Shown: positions 22,957-35,288, numbered from the whole stretch's first letter. The stretch: DNA of 62,961 bases, filler included, from Sphacelaria rigidula (GCA_964200075.2; 10 parts of 10 records of this genome joined end to end with filler, not necessarily neighbours in it), one strand, 5' to 3'. A program made the numbers and translations. The notes: generated by a model not told the origin, from the letters alone.

Positions 22957-24429
22957 TTCGATGGAAGAAGCGCAGCCGTGCCCGACGAAAATTTGGATAC
23001 TGCGCCAAATTTCTACAATTTGTGGGCAAAATTGAACGAGGACATCTTCGCACAAGGACGCACGAGTACAGGACGGATTCCCCCGTATTTCTTGATTTTC
23101 ACTGAGTGATGGCATTTTTCGAGTCTTTGCAGAAGCTTCGAATCACTCTCCCCCGCTAACTCCGTGCATTTGTTTTTCCTTGGCATTCCCGGGAAGGTTG
23201 CGCGTGGTGATGACAGAAGTGATATGTTCAGATTTCAGCTCCCCACGGTTCGGATTACCCACCGCCCGGCCCGCATACATTCGCAAATAACTGTCACGTG
23301 GCCCAGGTCGGACATGTTTGGCGAGGTCGCCGGCGCTTACGGCTCCCCCATTTGATCCGGGCCTTTAATTGTAATATTAAAGCGCCTCGAAGGATCAGAA
23401 AAGGAAATTGTATGTCAGGATATGTTACAAGATATCAATGCTGGCCCCGGTGTAGCGAACGCCCGCCGCCAGGTGCTGCGGTTTCCCAAACAATACAACT
23501 TGTTTCCGAACAAGACTTACACGAATGCTGCAACTCATGTCTGGGAGACAAATGTGAGCAACATCGTCCCCCCCCTTCAATAGTAAGGCGCACAGATACT
23601 TGCAAACATGTTCTTCACTGGCATATACGCCGAATCGGGGCAATTTTTTCGGCATGCTACGCCGCACACCCTCATGTGTGGCAAACATTCCAGTCCGGTC
23701 CTGTGCCGGACCATGGAGGCGCGGTCCGATCACGCCCGTGGAGGTTGGAAAGGGGATTTGCCATTGAAGTATATGTATTATTTTCCCCCCTCGTAGGCAC
23801 CATGAATGAAGACGATATACCCTAAAGGGTACTTCAGAAGTCCACCCTATGTGCTGCCTTCTCCGTCGCCAGTAAGGACCTGAATCTCAAACATATATTG
23901 ACATAGCGCTCGAACAGTAGCCATGACAAAAACAACTGCGAGGTGCCTTGTAAGAGGCTGCGCCACAACGGATTCCGCTCGGGCGTCGATCGATAGCGGG
24001 CTATGACGTGCGCCTGCACCCACATAATCGCACGGCAATGCGCACCCAGTAGACCCTTTGTCGACGACTCCGTCATAATAGCCGCTAAAACCTACATCCA
24101 CTACCCGAAGCATCGCTTCAAAAAGGGATGGCGAATTCGCTCAGCATAGTGACGAACGAACACGGCACCCAGCCTGGCGCCATGCCGACGTTATGTAGGT
24201 CATCCGCGACACCCCTCAGCGCCCATCCTTGCTATTACCTGACACGAAAGGCACCACTGACGGCAAGCACGGGGCAGTGCAGTCGAAGGATGGAACGAGT
24301 GTTGTGTCGTGTTCAAATACTACATCAGGGGTGTTAGAGAAGAGGAGGTAACGGAGATGGTCGGTGTCTCCCTCGATGCAATGGCGAATCGAGGATGGGG
24401 TTCTCCCGCAACGTAAAAAGACAGGCAGA

Positions 24430-24730
24430 GTTTTGAGTAGAGTATTGAGGTCATACTCAAGTGAAATTCTATACTCAAGTGTCACTGAGAGTGCTGACCC
24501 AATATTTGAGTAGAGTGCTTTAGGTCGTCCTCGACGTGCTCAAAATCTGAGTAGAGTAATGGAGGCCGTACTCGACCTACTCAGAAATTTGAGTAGGGTG
24601 TTGGAGGCCGTACTCAACGCACTCGGAATCTGAGTAGAGTATTCGAGGCCCTACTCGGCCTACTCGAAATTTTAGTCGAGTATCGGAGGCCGTACTCGAT
24701 TTACTCAATTTTTTACTGGAGTATCCGAGG
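24430..24730. repeat. Degenerate GAGTAGAGTA/TACTC minisatellite (~35-40-bp units)
   Basis: Repeated GAGTAGAGTATT..GAGGCCGTACTCGAC. The same family occurs at 43640-43975. Confidence 0.75.
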
Positions 24731-25127
24731 CGGAATCCGATGTACCGAAAACCTATAAATTCAACGTTGATATTACAGGTCGTACGCGAGATACCCAAAG
24801 CCGGGTAGAGGAAACACCGAGGGATTCCGAGAGTTGCCCGTCCATGATGAGAGTTCAAGGTAAAAGTGTCTCGTCAAACCGTCGCCAGTAGAGTCGCTCA
24901 TTCCGACTACACCTACTCGACTAATCTATTACTCGACGATGATGAGCAGCGCTCTGTTCTGAAACTGATATTGAAGGCGTGAAGAGGTCTCCAGTATGAA
25001 CTGCCGCGGGTGGGGGCTGGTGACATGGGGCGTTGGGGCAAGTACGTGCGTGCACTTCCACGCTTCTTGATTTTTTTATGGCCATGATTCCCTCGTATTC
25101 GCTGTTGGCTGCGATGTATCGCCGCCC

Positions 25128-25227
25128 NNNNNNNNNNNNNNNNNNNNNNNNNNNNNNNNNNNNNNNNNNNNTTAATTAATTAANNNNNNNNNNNNNNNNN
25201 NNNNNNNNNNNNNNNNNNNNNNNNNNN
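25128..25227. other. Artificial contig spacer
   Basis: N44-TTAATTAATTAA-N44. Confidence 0.99.
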
Positions 25228-25778
25228 AGTGCACCGACGGAGATGTCAAAGGTCGTAGCTGCGGCACGGAAGCTAGGACGACCGCTGTGTACCGCTTATA
25301 CGGCCTGTGCTGCACGTTCTGCTCTCTGCATGCTTAGCAGCCGATCGACCAAAAAGCTGATTTTGGAGGATGACACATACGCGCTTACTCGCAGTGCTTT
25401 AATACTACGTAATCGGATGATTGAGACACATACACTAGCTCAAACAAAGTGCCGTGCTCTTGTGCACACGCAGAAAAAAACAGAACGGAAAACGGTTAAT
25501 ATTTCGCGGAGATATGAACGATTAAAACAATTTGTATCGTAATTGGCTCTGTATCTTAATTGGTACATTTCCCTCTACAGTAGTGCACCGCTTGGTAAAC
25601 ATATCTTCCATTCGCCCTCCATTGCACGGTGTGTGCCCTACCCTGCCCTTCCACACGACGAGTGTTGCTATTATTTTCGTCACATTCGCTCCATATCTTG
25701 AACCCGTGGTCACAGTGGGCCCCCTATATATTTGTTCACTCGTTTGGGGCTTTTTAGTTTGTTAATGACCACTGACTG

Positions 25779-26005
25779 CTGCCGAGATAGCCCCCCCCCG
25801 AACCGGCCAAAAAAGTGCACGGAGGCGATGATCATAAATGCCGTTTGAGTTGGTTTCGTGCTGCACGACGCGACTCATTTGGGCGTTATAGCTGAATTCG
25901 GACTGCTACATGCCCCTCATGTGGGAAAATTGCTGCAAACGAGCGCAAAAATGGAATCGCAGTCGGTTTGTCGGACGGTATCCGGTGCATGTTTTGTGGG
26001 GGTGC
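25779..26005 (+). mobile_element. MITE copy (TGCCGAGATAGCCCCC TIR family)
   Basis: Near-identical to 61907-62040 over the first ~120 bp. Confidence 0.7.
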
Positions 26006-26818
26006 TCTCTTGGCATTAGTCCACTTTTCACGAGAACACTCGAACCTCTCGGAAACAAAGTCAAGGCTCTTTTTTTCGCATACCTCTGTGGTTTTCCGTG
26101 CTAAGTTTTAAATCACAATTCGAAATATGGAGCTGAGAAATTGGGATAAGGCACAAGTGCAATGTTAATTTCTCCTCGAAACTGCCCTAAAAAACCAAAG
26201 AAAAATATAAAAAAAACAAAGAAATGAAGAAAATGCTGTTTTTTTTCATTCAATCATGCTCTAGCGGTTCCCCATACGAAATTTTATTGCACAACTCTCG
26301 AAAATTCGGACGCGGTATCAAGATTTGGGGCTTCTAGTGCCTCTGCTCATAATGTTTTGGTTCAAGTAAAGGATCTAATAACAGCCTGGATTCGCTTTTG
26401 AGGTTCAATGTTTGGGTGAGGTTTAACTGACCCTCGAAATTTCGTTTGCTTCGTTCAAAAGGCTTGGGATTCGTAAGCTCTTCCGACCATGTAACCCTAA
26501 CCCAGAAGTTTCTGCAAGGCAGCGCAAGCATGATGATGAGCAGTCCAACAGAAAACCCGCGTCATTGTGCGGTATCTTTTGAGCAGGACCCGCGTCTGAG
26601 CGCTACGAAATACGTAACAAAGCATGCTGAAAACATACTTTTTTGGATTAGTCATCGATTTTTCGAGCGCCTCTCGTTGAGTATCTGAGAGAGACTTCTA
26701 ATCGAATACACTCACACTCAAGGCTAGATACATTTAAACATGCCTGGATGCAAGGGAAGTGGATATTGTTTGATTGGATCATGACATATGGGGAATGGGA
26801 AATTAAGATATACAGTTC

Positions 26819-27467
26819 TGTTACCGTAGGTATACCCGATATGGTGGTTGCAGCAAATACCTGCTGAGGGGCACACGCCTCATCGCGTGGCCAAGGAATG
26901 AGGCTATGACGTGTTATTTTTGCATGATGTCATGAGGAAGGAAGATAAAGAGGCGTTATCTGTTCCCACAGACAACTTTGGGGCAGGTTGGCTCGCAGAT
27001 CATTCGATCCATCCATGGGAATGCTCCCATAGTTCCGGGGAAGGTTGGTGTAAAGACTGGTGTACCCTAGCTAGGGAAGGTTAGTGTGCAGGATGACATG
27101 CCCTGGTCCCGAGGAGGCAAAACGCCTTCTCGGGCCAAGGTCGGATAGGTCGCGTTCCATGCACACTCGCCCACCCTTGAGCTGCCCTTCGAGTCGGACA
27201 TCTGCTTCTACTGTTTACCTTTGGTGAGAACAGTGTGCTAAGCGAGCAAGGGAATAATAAGCGAGAGTTACGAGACATCAAGCCTTCGAGCTCATTTTGT
27301 CTGTTTGCTACTTTTAACCTACAGTCGCGTGAATTGTGTGTGTGAAACACATATCTGCAGCTTGTTTTACTCGGACATATTGCACCTTGTGCATCTTGCC
27401 AAGCTTGCAGCACATTGATCTATCAAGGAAGATGTGTGGAGTTCTGTCCATACCTATCCCCATTACA
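26819..27467 (+). mobile_element. Possible 5' LTR of the copia element
   Basis: Non-coding TGTTAC...TTACA block ending ~240 bp before the gag ATG. No second LTR and no clear PBS in this contig. Confidence 0.3.
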
Positions 27468-27817
27468 ATGAGCGATTTTTCCATGATCGAACCTCCCCCT
27501 CCCTTTTGCGTAGTGCACAAGGGGGTTTTTACGTTTCACGTGGAGAGTATAATATACATCTTTCAACCGGGGAATCAATACAACATCAGAGGTTCCACGA
27601 ACTTTCTCAAACATAGACCCTTGCGCCAAGTAAGTAATTCAACCTTTGCGCTAGCGATCGGGCTACGCTTTGCGCGGGCGACCTCAGGGTTTCTTCAGAC
27701 ATCAAAAATGGACTGGGAAAATAAAGTAGACGACCTCATTGCAAGAATGCCAGAAGCCGACCAAGACGCGGCAAGGGATATCCTATCAGGAATTATGCAG
27801 GAGCAAACGAAACAGCT

Positions 27818-28067
27818 GACACTTTCTACGATGACCGCCCCCCCCCAAAGTGCATGGTTTTGGGAGTCAATATCTTCACGTAAATCGATATGGGAAAAGC
27901 CGAGCACAACGAGTAGCTGGGAATTCCCACGCTTGGTCTCGTTCCCGTCAATGTTGCCAATATGAGGCGATTCATCCAGCCTGAACCCAGACATCAGGCG
28001 CTGTATGGAAATTTGTTTCGTGACACTTTTGGGCTGGTTTTGGGGGGGGGCTATCGTAGAAAGTGTC
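27818..28067. mobile_element. 250-bp MITE inserted in copia gag, 4-bp TSD AGCT
   Basis: TIR GACACTTTCTACGAT / ATCGTAGAAAGTGTC with AGCT at 27814-27817 and 28068-28071. Excision restores the reading frame (...EQTKQ-LQDLRQQ...). Confidence 0.9.
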
Positions 28068-30499
28068 AGCTACAAGACCTTCGACAGCAAAGTCAAGCAC
28101 AGGACGAGGAGCCGAGCCTGGAAGCGCGCGCGTCAGCGACAAGAGCGACGGCCCCCCAGCAGCGCATCCCGCCTACGACTACGACGGCATTTCAAGAAGC
28201 ACGTCTGCACACGCAGCATCAAGCCCAGATAGTACAGTCTGGAAAATTAAGGGTGCGGTCACATAACCGTATAGCAGCGTGGGATGGTACGACGAAGAGT
28301 GGTGAGGAAGTCAGACAGAAAATCACGGTTTTCAAGCTGCAGATGACAGCGTATTTTCAGCAGGAGCTCTGCGAAAAGGCTATTTACACAACTTTCCCCA
28401 GGAGAACATATTTTGAAAAAGAGCAGGATTTCATCGAGAGATTTGGAAACGAGTTGGTGGAGCAGGCCATGAAAGCATGGAGCATACTAGTCGAAATAAT
28501 AACCTATGCTCCGCTCGTTCAGCAACCAGTAAGACTTGAAAACCTCACCAAGGGATAGAGGTACATTGTAGACTACTACACCGTTTCTCCAACCACTGAA
28601 AATGTGCAGTTGGACCATGAATGGCAGAGTCTCGATATGAACTTGAGAGAGGACCCCCGCATGTTTCTCGATAGAGCAAAATTAATCAGGTACAACCGTG
28701 CTAGGCTTTGGGTCATCATATCAGATTCAGATGCCAACCGGCACTACATACGCTGCCTGTCATCTGATTTCGAAATCTCGCGCGGCGTATTGCTTGCCAT
28801 GGATAGAGTAACCACAGAGACTCTTGAGCGCATGATGATGACGGCGCATGGCGAGATGGAACTGGCCAGAAGCAGAGCACGCAGGAATCAGGATGGGCTT
28901 CAGGGTCACGCGCTCGTCGCTGCCACTGGGGGTGGCAGAGGCGGGGGCGTACTGCAAAACGGACGACAGCAAGGTGGTGAGAGACGTCGGCAACAGAGTG
29001 ATGGTTTTTGCCATTTCCACAATACGACCCAGCATGGCGACTCTGAATGCAACGCACAACGAAACATGCACGCACAAGACTGTCGTGGTGATCGTGGTGG
29101 AATGGTGTTCACCATAAGCACTGCCATAGTGCAGACAGTTTTGGAGGTCCTGGGGGTAGCGGACGCGGTAGAATGCACACTCAGTCACCGCAGCAGCTCA
29201 TCCAGCAGCAACAACAGCAGCAACAACGCCAACAACCACAACAGCAGTAGCACCCCCAGAAGCAGCAGCAGCAAGCGAGACGCGGAAGACGTGGCGCAGG
29301 GCGTGGGTTTAGTCCCAGGTACGGTGGTTGGGGGCGCGGTGGCGGGGATGCCCACCCAGGCAGCAGCCAGCTGCGCATTATAATCCGCCGCAAGGTGGGT
29401 ATGACTACTCAGGTTATCCTGATGGTTTATACCGCCCTGTAGGCAACGAACCCCCAATCCACCACGCAGACTCCCGTAAAAGATGCATCACATGCGATAA
29501 ATTGGGCCACATGCATAATTTTTGCCCATTGCGTAGAGTAGTCCGGCCGCAAGTCAATTCGGGGGTACGTCATGTGAATCCTGCCCACAGTCAACCTTAT
29601 CATGGAGAACACCAGCCCCCCCTTGGACCGATTCCTATGGATCGGTCAACACCGTGCAACTGTACGGTGACCAAGGGGGTACGAAGAAAGCAGTTACATC
29701 GAAGAACACTGGAACAGAACGGAAGAAGACGGGTGGGTGTTGGAAGATAGTAACAACTTCAGCGGTGCAGGTTACGCGCAATGTATCCAGTTTCCCCGCA
29801 ATCACCCGCAATCCCCCGCAGCCGCCACCAACATCAAGATCCAGTCACCACCGCAGCAAGGTGAACTTCAACTGCAACACCCTCACCAACTGATTCCAAT
29901 GTGCCTTCCTCCGGTCCAGCTACATTCTCTGCGCCGCTTCATCTGTCATGGCACACACTGTGTCACAAGGCAAGTCATATTGAGTTGGGTGATTTTAATT
30001 CGGGGGTTGCTTCGCTTAACCAAGGTGGATCAGGGTTCGATGTGGGTGATGGTACAGAGGAGTGGATTGCGGACAATGGTGCTTCACACCATACGTCTGA
30101 TTCAATGAGTGATATGTCTGATCTACGCCCCCCCCCTCGAAAGGAAATGAACACGCGATCGTGGAGAACGGAACGATTCTCCCTGTCCGAGCAGTAGGGA
30201 GTTGAAGCTTAAATTTCACATGGCAAATTCCACCGCCCCGAAATCCGTCGGCGCGTCCTCAGAATTTGCGTGCAGCTAACTGATGTTTACGTTCTTGAAG
30301 GTCTACATTTCAACCCTTTTTCTCTGCACCAAATGCAGAAAAGGCAGGGTGTACTTTTGACTGAAACAGGAGTACATATGTTTGACTGTCAGCTTCGCCT
30401 CGATCGCAATGAGCGGTCTTCATCACACAAGACCATTCGATTACCGCCAACATACCAGAACCCCCCACTTGCCCCACTTGCCGTGCCAGTCGTAGAAGT

Positions 30500-30700
30500 T
30501 CTTTCCCCTCCCCTAAGCGTTCGATTCCAGTCCGTTCCACCGGCGAACGTGGTGAATTCAAGTGTTGGCTTACAGTCCGCTTCACCTGCAAGCGTTGTTC
30601 CTTTCCCTCCCCCAAGCGTTCGATTCCAGTGCAATCCACCGGCGAACGTGGTGAATTCAAGTGTTAGCTTACAGTCCGCTTCACCGGCAAGCGTTGTACC
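30500..30700 (+). repeat. In-frame 99-bp tandem duplication between protease and integrase
   Basis: SVRFQ..PPANVVNSSV.LQSASPASVVP occurs twice (AAGCGTTCG at 30515 and 30614). Confidence 0.9.
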
Positions 30701-31359
30701 TGCCCCCACCAACGGCGTTGGTTCCCTCCGTGCAGTCCAAGGGCTCCACTGCCCAAACTTGAGCATGTTCAAAGATGAAGCTTTGATGGATGGAATTGAC
30801 GTGACCCCCCACCAAGATTTGTTTCCGCATCTTCTGAGTGAAGAAATGGGAGTTGTGGCTGAAAGCGGGACGGCCCTTGCTGTTCTTGCCCCCAGTTCTC
30901 GCCCATTTTCAGTTGGAAAACCGAAACAAGAAGTCGACATTAACTTTTTTCACGTTTACCTTCCCCACATCCACGAGACGTCATTGCAAGAAACTGCGAA
31001 ACAACAGGGCATTACTTCGACGGGGGTACTAGCGCCATGTGCGGGATGTTTGGAAGCGAAGGGACAGAGGGCAGGTATTCCGCGAGGACTGAGCACGAGG
31101 GCAAAGACTGTACTTGGCACCGTGCATCTCGACCTCACAGGCCCACACCCTCGTACTCTGGGTGCATCAACTCATACGCTGGCCTGCATCGACAGCAAGT
31201 CGCGCTTCATGATGTTTTATGGCCTCGCACGTAAGTTTGACACGCTGGCGAAGATGAAGCGTTTCATCGCCGACGTCAGCGCCATCGGTACCCCCGGTTG
31301 TTTTCGCATGGACAACGGGGGCGATTTAACTCCAACGATTTCGGCGCCTTCTGCGACGA

Positions 31360-31433
31360 TTTTTCAAGTGAATATTGATGCCGATTCTGCCGGTAACCCA
31401 CCCTCGACGTCAAAGGGTTCACCCTTAGACCGT
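31360..31433. mobile_element. piggyBac-like MITE fragments truncating the integrase
   Basis: TTTTCAAGTGAATATTGATGCCGATTC..CAAAGGG-TTCA-CCCTTAGACCG matches the tandem junction at 58659-58862. Confidence 0.7.
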
Positions 31434-31533
31434 NNNNNNNNNNNNNNNNNNNNNNNNNNNNNNNNNNNNNNNNNNNNTTAATTAATTAANNNNNNNNNNN
31501 NNNNNNNNNNNNNNNNNNNNNNNNNNNNNNNNN
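31434..31533. other. Artificial contig spacer
   Basis: N44-TTAATTAATTAA-N44. Confidence 0.99.
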
Positions 31534-31562
31534 CAACGCTCTTTTTTCTTTTTTTTCAATAC

Positions 31563-31593
<31 letters not shown>

Positions 31594-31619
31594 GTCCTCT
31601 GCGTCCGCCCATCATTCCA

Positions 31620-31751
31620 TTACTTGATTTTCCGTCTCGTCTTGCCCTTCTGTCGAACGATTCTGATGCTTCTTGCAAAGTGAAGCGGGTAGATCATATA
31701 AACGGCAAGGATACCACACAGCAGCACAAACACGGCCCATATGCTGCCCAA
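31620..31751 (-). CDS. Probable terminal exon of multi-pass membrane protein
   Basis: CCAG|LGSIWAVFVLLCGILAVYMIYPLHFARSIRIVRQKGKTRRKIK-TAA, joining exon 32280-32507 in phase 0. The acceptor choice is uncertain. Confidence 0.6.
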   Translation of the reverse strand: MGSIWAVFVLLCGILAVYMIYPLHFARSIRIVRQKGKTRRKIK

Positions 31752-32035
31752 CTGGTCATTTTCCGAATCTGGGGAAAACGTCTACTTAATGGCTCAAGTC
31801 GTTCATTTACTTTCATTTGTCGCACTTTGAACCCCTCCCCTTCCTTTGGACGAGTCCGGGGTCTCAAGAAATCAACCCATTTCTCCCCGGTACACGACTT
31901 GCATTTTGATCTCGCGGATTGGGTCAGCACTTCCGCACCACGTCAACTCACGACAAACAACCTCAGTCGACTACATTATTTACCCACGTTCTCACGCTTT
32001 CCACGCTGGAAAACATACATTACGAAGAAAAACCC

Positions 32036-32109
32036 CAAGGCATCGGGAATCGAACCCTCGTTCTTCCCACCCTAATGGGGGCAGTCGGACCATTACACTA
32101 CCGGGTCGC
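32036..32109 (-). mobile_element. tRNA-derived SINE head in intron
   Basis: Minus strand A-box TAGTGTAATGG and B-box GGTTCGATTCCC. Confidence 0.6.
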
Positions 32110-32202
32110 AGCGGACAGTGTACAGTATTATGAAGGTGCGAGGAACATCCTCCATCAGCGTAACCCAAAAATAGGCCGCGCCCACAGGGCGGCCTACGCA
32201 TT

Positions 32203-32235
<33 letters not shown>

Positions 32236-32279
32236 ATTCCTCGTGCTGGATATATATTGGCATTGATGTGTGTGCATAC

Positions 32280-32507
32280 CTGGTACGTCCCAAACCACTT
32301 CGCAGCGGGCAAAAACGTAAAGGCCACTATCAAGACGCCGGCCCACAACAGGTGCCCCACCCAGTAGGGCTCCTCTCTCGCAAGCAGGATACCCATGAGC
32401 ACGGTAACGCCAATACACAAAACGAAGCCGAAGACGGCCTGGTACTCGTGCGGGAGCAGGTACCCCTCCAGGAAGGCTCGGCGGAAAGGTAGTGTCTCCA
32501 CCAGAAT
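32280..32507 (-). CDS. Exon of multi-pass membrane protein (two TM helices)
   Basis: AACAG| ... CAG|GTATGC, 76 codons, strongly GC3. Encodes AVFGFVLCIGVTVLMGILLA and YWVGHLLWAGVLIVAFTFL. Confidence 0.85.
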
Positions 32508-32630
32508 CTGTTTGCAGATGTTGAAGCGTTGTTGATGTTCAATGTTCTCGGCGTTTACTACTTACTCGCCGTGTGAGTTTTTATATCTGTGATTAGATTT
32601 TGAAATAAAACGGCTTGTACGCTGTGTTAC

Positions 32631-32811
32631 TCTGTTCATCCGGGTCGCAATGAACAAACTACCTGCGCCAAGAACCACCCTGAGTGTTTCGGAGTTTTTT
32701 TTCAAGACACATCTCGAGATGACACAGTCGCCCCTTACCGTTTATTCGCCCGACAGATGTTGCCGACGGGTGATAGAAGGAGCTTCTTTTTTAGGAAACA
32801 TCTGTTCGTTC
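32631..32811 (-). CDS. Two tentative small exons (32739-32811, 32631-32679) of the same gene
   Basis: Phase-consistent GT-AG joins give TNRCFLKKKLLLSPVGNICRANKR-VVLGAGSLFIATRMNR-ILVETLPF. This needs a 59-nt intron. Confidence 0.45.
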
Positions 32812-33359
32812 CTAAAGACGACGACGAGTGGCATCGAGGAAGTGATTTCTTTCTTTCTACTCACTGTACACGAAAAGAAGGCGAGAGGACCTTTGAAAAA
32901 AAACGTCCGACGTGAACATACAATATCGTTTTATCTGACCTTTGTTTGTTTGTTGTGTGACAGACCTGAGGCCGACTGTTATCGTACGACCAACACCGTT
33001 TCATGTTCTATCTAATATATGTGTTTTTTTTCTTGCACCATGAACTAAGTCGGAGGGGTCGTGACCCCTCCCGACTTGCGCAAGGGTTTGGCGAGATAGC
33101 CGTCGCGAAATGAAGGCGTGCAGAGGCTCAGGAGGTCGCCGTTCGAGGCTTAAGGAAGACAGCTTTGACAAAAGGCAGTGAACTATTACGATAAGAGTTC
33201 GAAGCAACAAGAGTTTTTTGTGTGTGTTTTTCGGAACACCCGCTTCCCTCAATAAAAACCGAGCAAAGGGTTCCCCGGGGCCCGGAAAGCGGAGTCGGAG
33301 CGCTTTCCGAGGCCCAATACCATCTCGTCATAGGGCTATTTTTTCTCTATGCGCCTCAC

Positions 33360-33536
33360 CTCTCCCTGCTCTTCGTCGGCGACGTCGGGATCGTTGTCCT
33401 TAAGATCATCAGTATCGACATTTTCGTATTCTGCCTGCCCCTCTGGTTTCGCTTTTGCAGGCTTTACCTGCTCGACGTACGACCCGGTGAGTTCGGTAGG
33501 CATCGGTTTGCGTTTTTGCTCTTGTCGGAACAGTGG
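33360..33536 (-). CDS. Acidic exon, probably same minus-strand gene
   Basis: TTGTAG| ... GAG|GTGAGG, 59 codons. PLFRQEQKRKPMPTELTGSYVEQVKP...DPDVADEEQGE. Confidence 0.65.
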
Positions 33537-34959
33537 CTACAATGGTCAAATGACTACGGTATAGCGCTCTGATGTTTACTCATCAGCTGAATGTAAAAGA
33601 GAAAAACCATCTGCGGTATTATATTGTCAGAACTTTTTGTCCACTCACGACAGAGTAGGAAAATCACCCCACCAGCCGATCGCGAACATAACTACGCCCG
33701 TAATGTGCTCGCTCTGAGCAGTACTTCGTGTGTTCGTTTAACGTTTTCTGTATGGGGTCGTATTGAACATCACTGCATCTTTCCACACCCTCAGGACCAC
33801 CACTTCTCGCCGTCGAATTCTGAGGATTCGAACAAAAACACTTTTTCAACCTGATCTATCCCTCACCTTCACCCCAACCCTCATTTTTAAAACTGAACGC
33901 TCGCTCTCTTCTACAACCGATCTATGCATTTCACATCAGCAGATTACGGATACCATTCCGCAGTGAAATCCTACTTCCATTAGTGACCTGTCTTGTCGAC
34001 ACTTGCAGTCTGTTTCTACAACCTACAATCTTACTTACCGCGGATATTCGACACTTTCTGTTTTTTCGAAATGAAAACCTACTTCCACAACCGATATGTT
34101 TCACAGAATGCCGACCCACATTTCACGACTCATGCGAGCAGTTGCAAAAAAACATTTTTTTTGTGCTTTCACATCAACCTATTTCGCACCACAATTACAA
34201 ATTTCACCGAGACAAACATGTTTCACAAGTTAACCACGTGTTGCACTACATCACATAAAACAATGATGGGACCATATCCCCTAACAACACTCCCATATCC
34301 CCCGGCTCCGTCGCTCCCGCTTCATTCCAGACACCTATCTGTACACATCAACATACACAAAAAAAACGCACTCTGGAGTATGACGCACACCTTAGACCGC
34401 GCCCTGCCTTTTACAAAGCGGCACATCGCACAAGCCATGCCCTCGCCGGACATTGTTCGGCTAATGGCCACTCCCACACGAACCCAGAAGCCCAACTCCG
34501 TGCCTCGATGTGCCGCCCCGTCGGGTCCGCGCACGTACTTGGGTCGAACCACGAGCCGGCGTTCGGCCAGCGCGTGTTGTGCGGCTGCACCCTCGTCTCC
34601 GTCAGAACCATCATCCTGAACGAATGTCAACGGCTCACGTCGCAGCAGAACGAGCGAGAGCAAAAAAACAAGATTCAGCGAATAGCTACATGATAATGTT
34701 ATCAGCAACGAGAATTACCGTCAGCATCAACGTTTGACTCACGTGCCCAACCAAAGAGACGTTTTGGATCCAGGGCTCAAAGCTAGCGCTAGTCTTCCTT
34801 CCTCCTTGGTTCTACATGGAGGACACGTTTACCCATGATAGCTGTCGGAGGGTAGGGGAGGGAACTTCCCCGCCCCAGCCCCCCACCCGCCGGCGCTGAA
34901 AGTAAAACAGAGTTTATTTCCTCAAAGAAGACCACCATGCTACGTGCCGGCACCGATAC

Positions 34960-35106
34960 TTGAAACTGTGGCATTGGGAAGTAGGTCGACAAGATCTTTT
35001 TGTGCACAGGCATCTTCCGGCAGGACAGCGTATTTCTTCTGCCGCGTTTGAGAGATTTCATGTTGAAAACGCAATCACCGTGGGGTTTGGAGTCCCCGAA
35101 AGTCAC
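34960..35106 (-). CDS. Exon, unknown protein
   Basis: CCAG| ... CAA|GTATCG, 49 codons. VTFGDSKPHGDCVFNMKSLKRGRRNTLSCRKMPVHKKILSTYFPMPQFQ. Confidence 0.6.
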
Positions 35107-35288
35107 CTGGTACATTGCTATAGCCATTGATTCATGCATTGATTCATGGATGAATGGATTGATTGACTGTTGCACATCAATCGATCAATAAATAAATAAA
35201 TAAATCATCGAACGCTGGTTAGAGCAATGTGCTGTCGATGCACGGGAGATACCACTCCAGCGGTGATTTTGTTTCAAGCACTTGGTAC

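Larger units (their letters stand above)
27708..31360 (+). mobile_element. Degenerate Ty1/copia LTR retrotransposon: gag - protease - integrase (RT/RNase H absent from contig)
   Basis: Copia-type gag (LDHEWQSLDMNLREDPRMFLDR..ISDSDANRHYIRCL). Knuckles CHFHNTTQHGDSEC (29009-29050) and CITCDKLGHMHNFC (29484-29525). Protease WIADNGASHH (~30063-30092) and LTDVYVLEGLHFNPFSL. Integrase HVYLPH..CAGC, VHLDLTGP, IDSKSRF, RMDNGG. In-frame TAG at 28556 and several frameshifts. Confidence 0.93.

Noticed and set aside
25228..25520. Cys-rich piggyBac C-terminal domain relic
   Set aside because: Cys spacing cannot be recovered without assuming several frameshifts.
32100..32195. Possible exon AAYFWVTLMEDVPRTFIILY
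   Set aside because: Phase-incompatible with the flanking exons. It overlaps a small hairpin (TAGGCCGC..CGGCCTA) and abuts a SINE head and an (AT)n tract.
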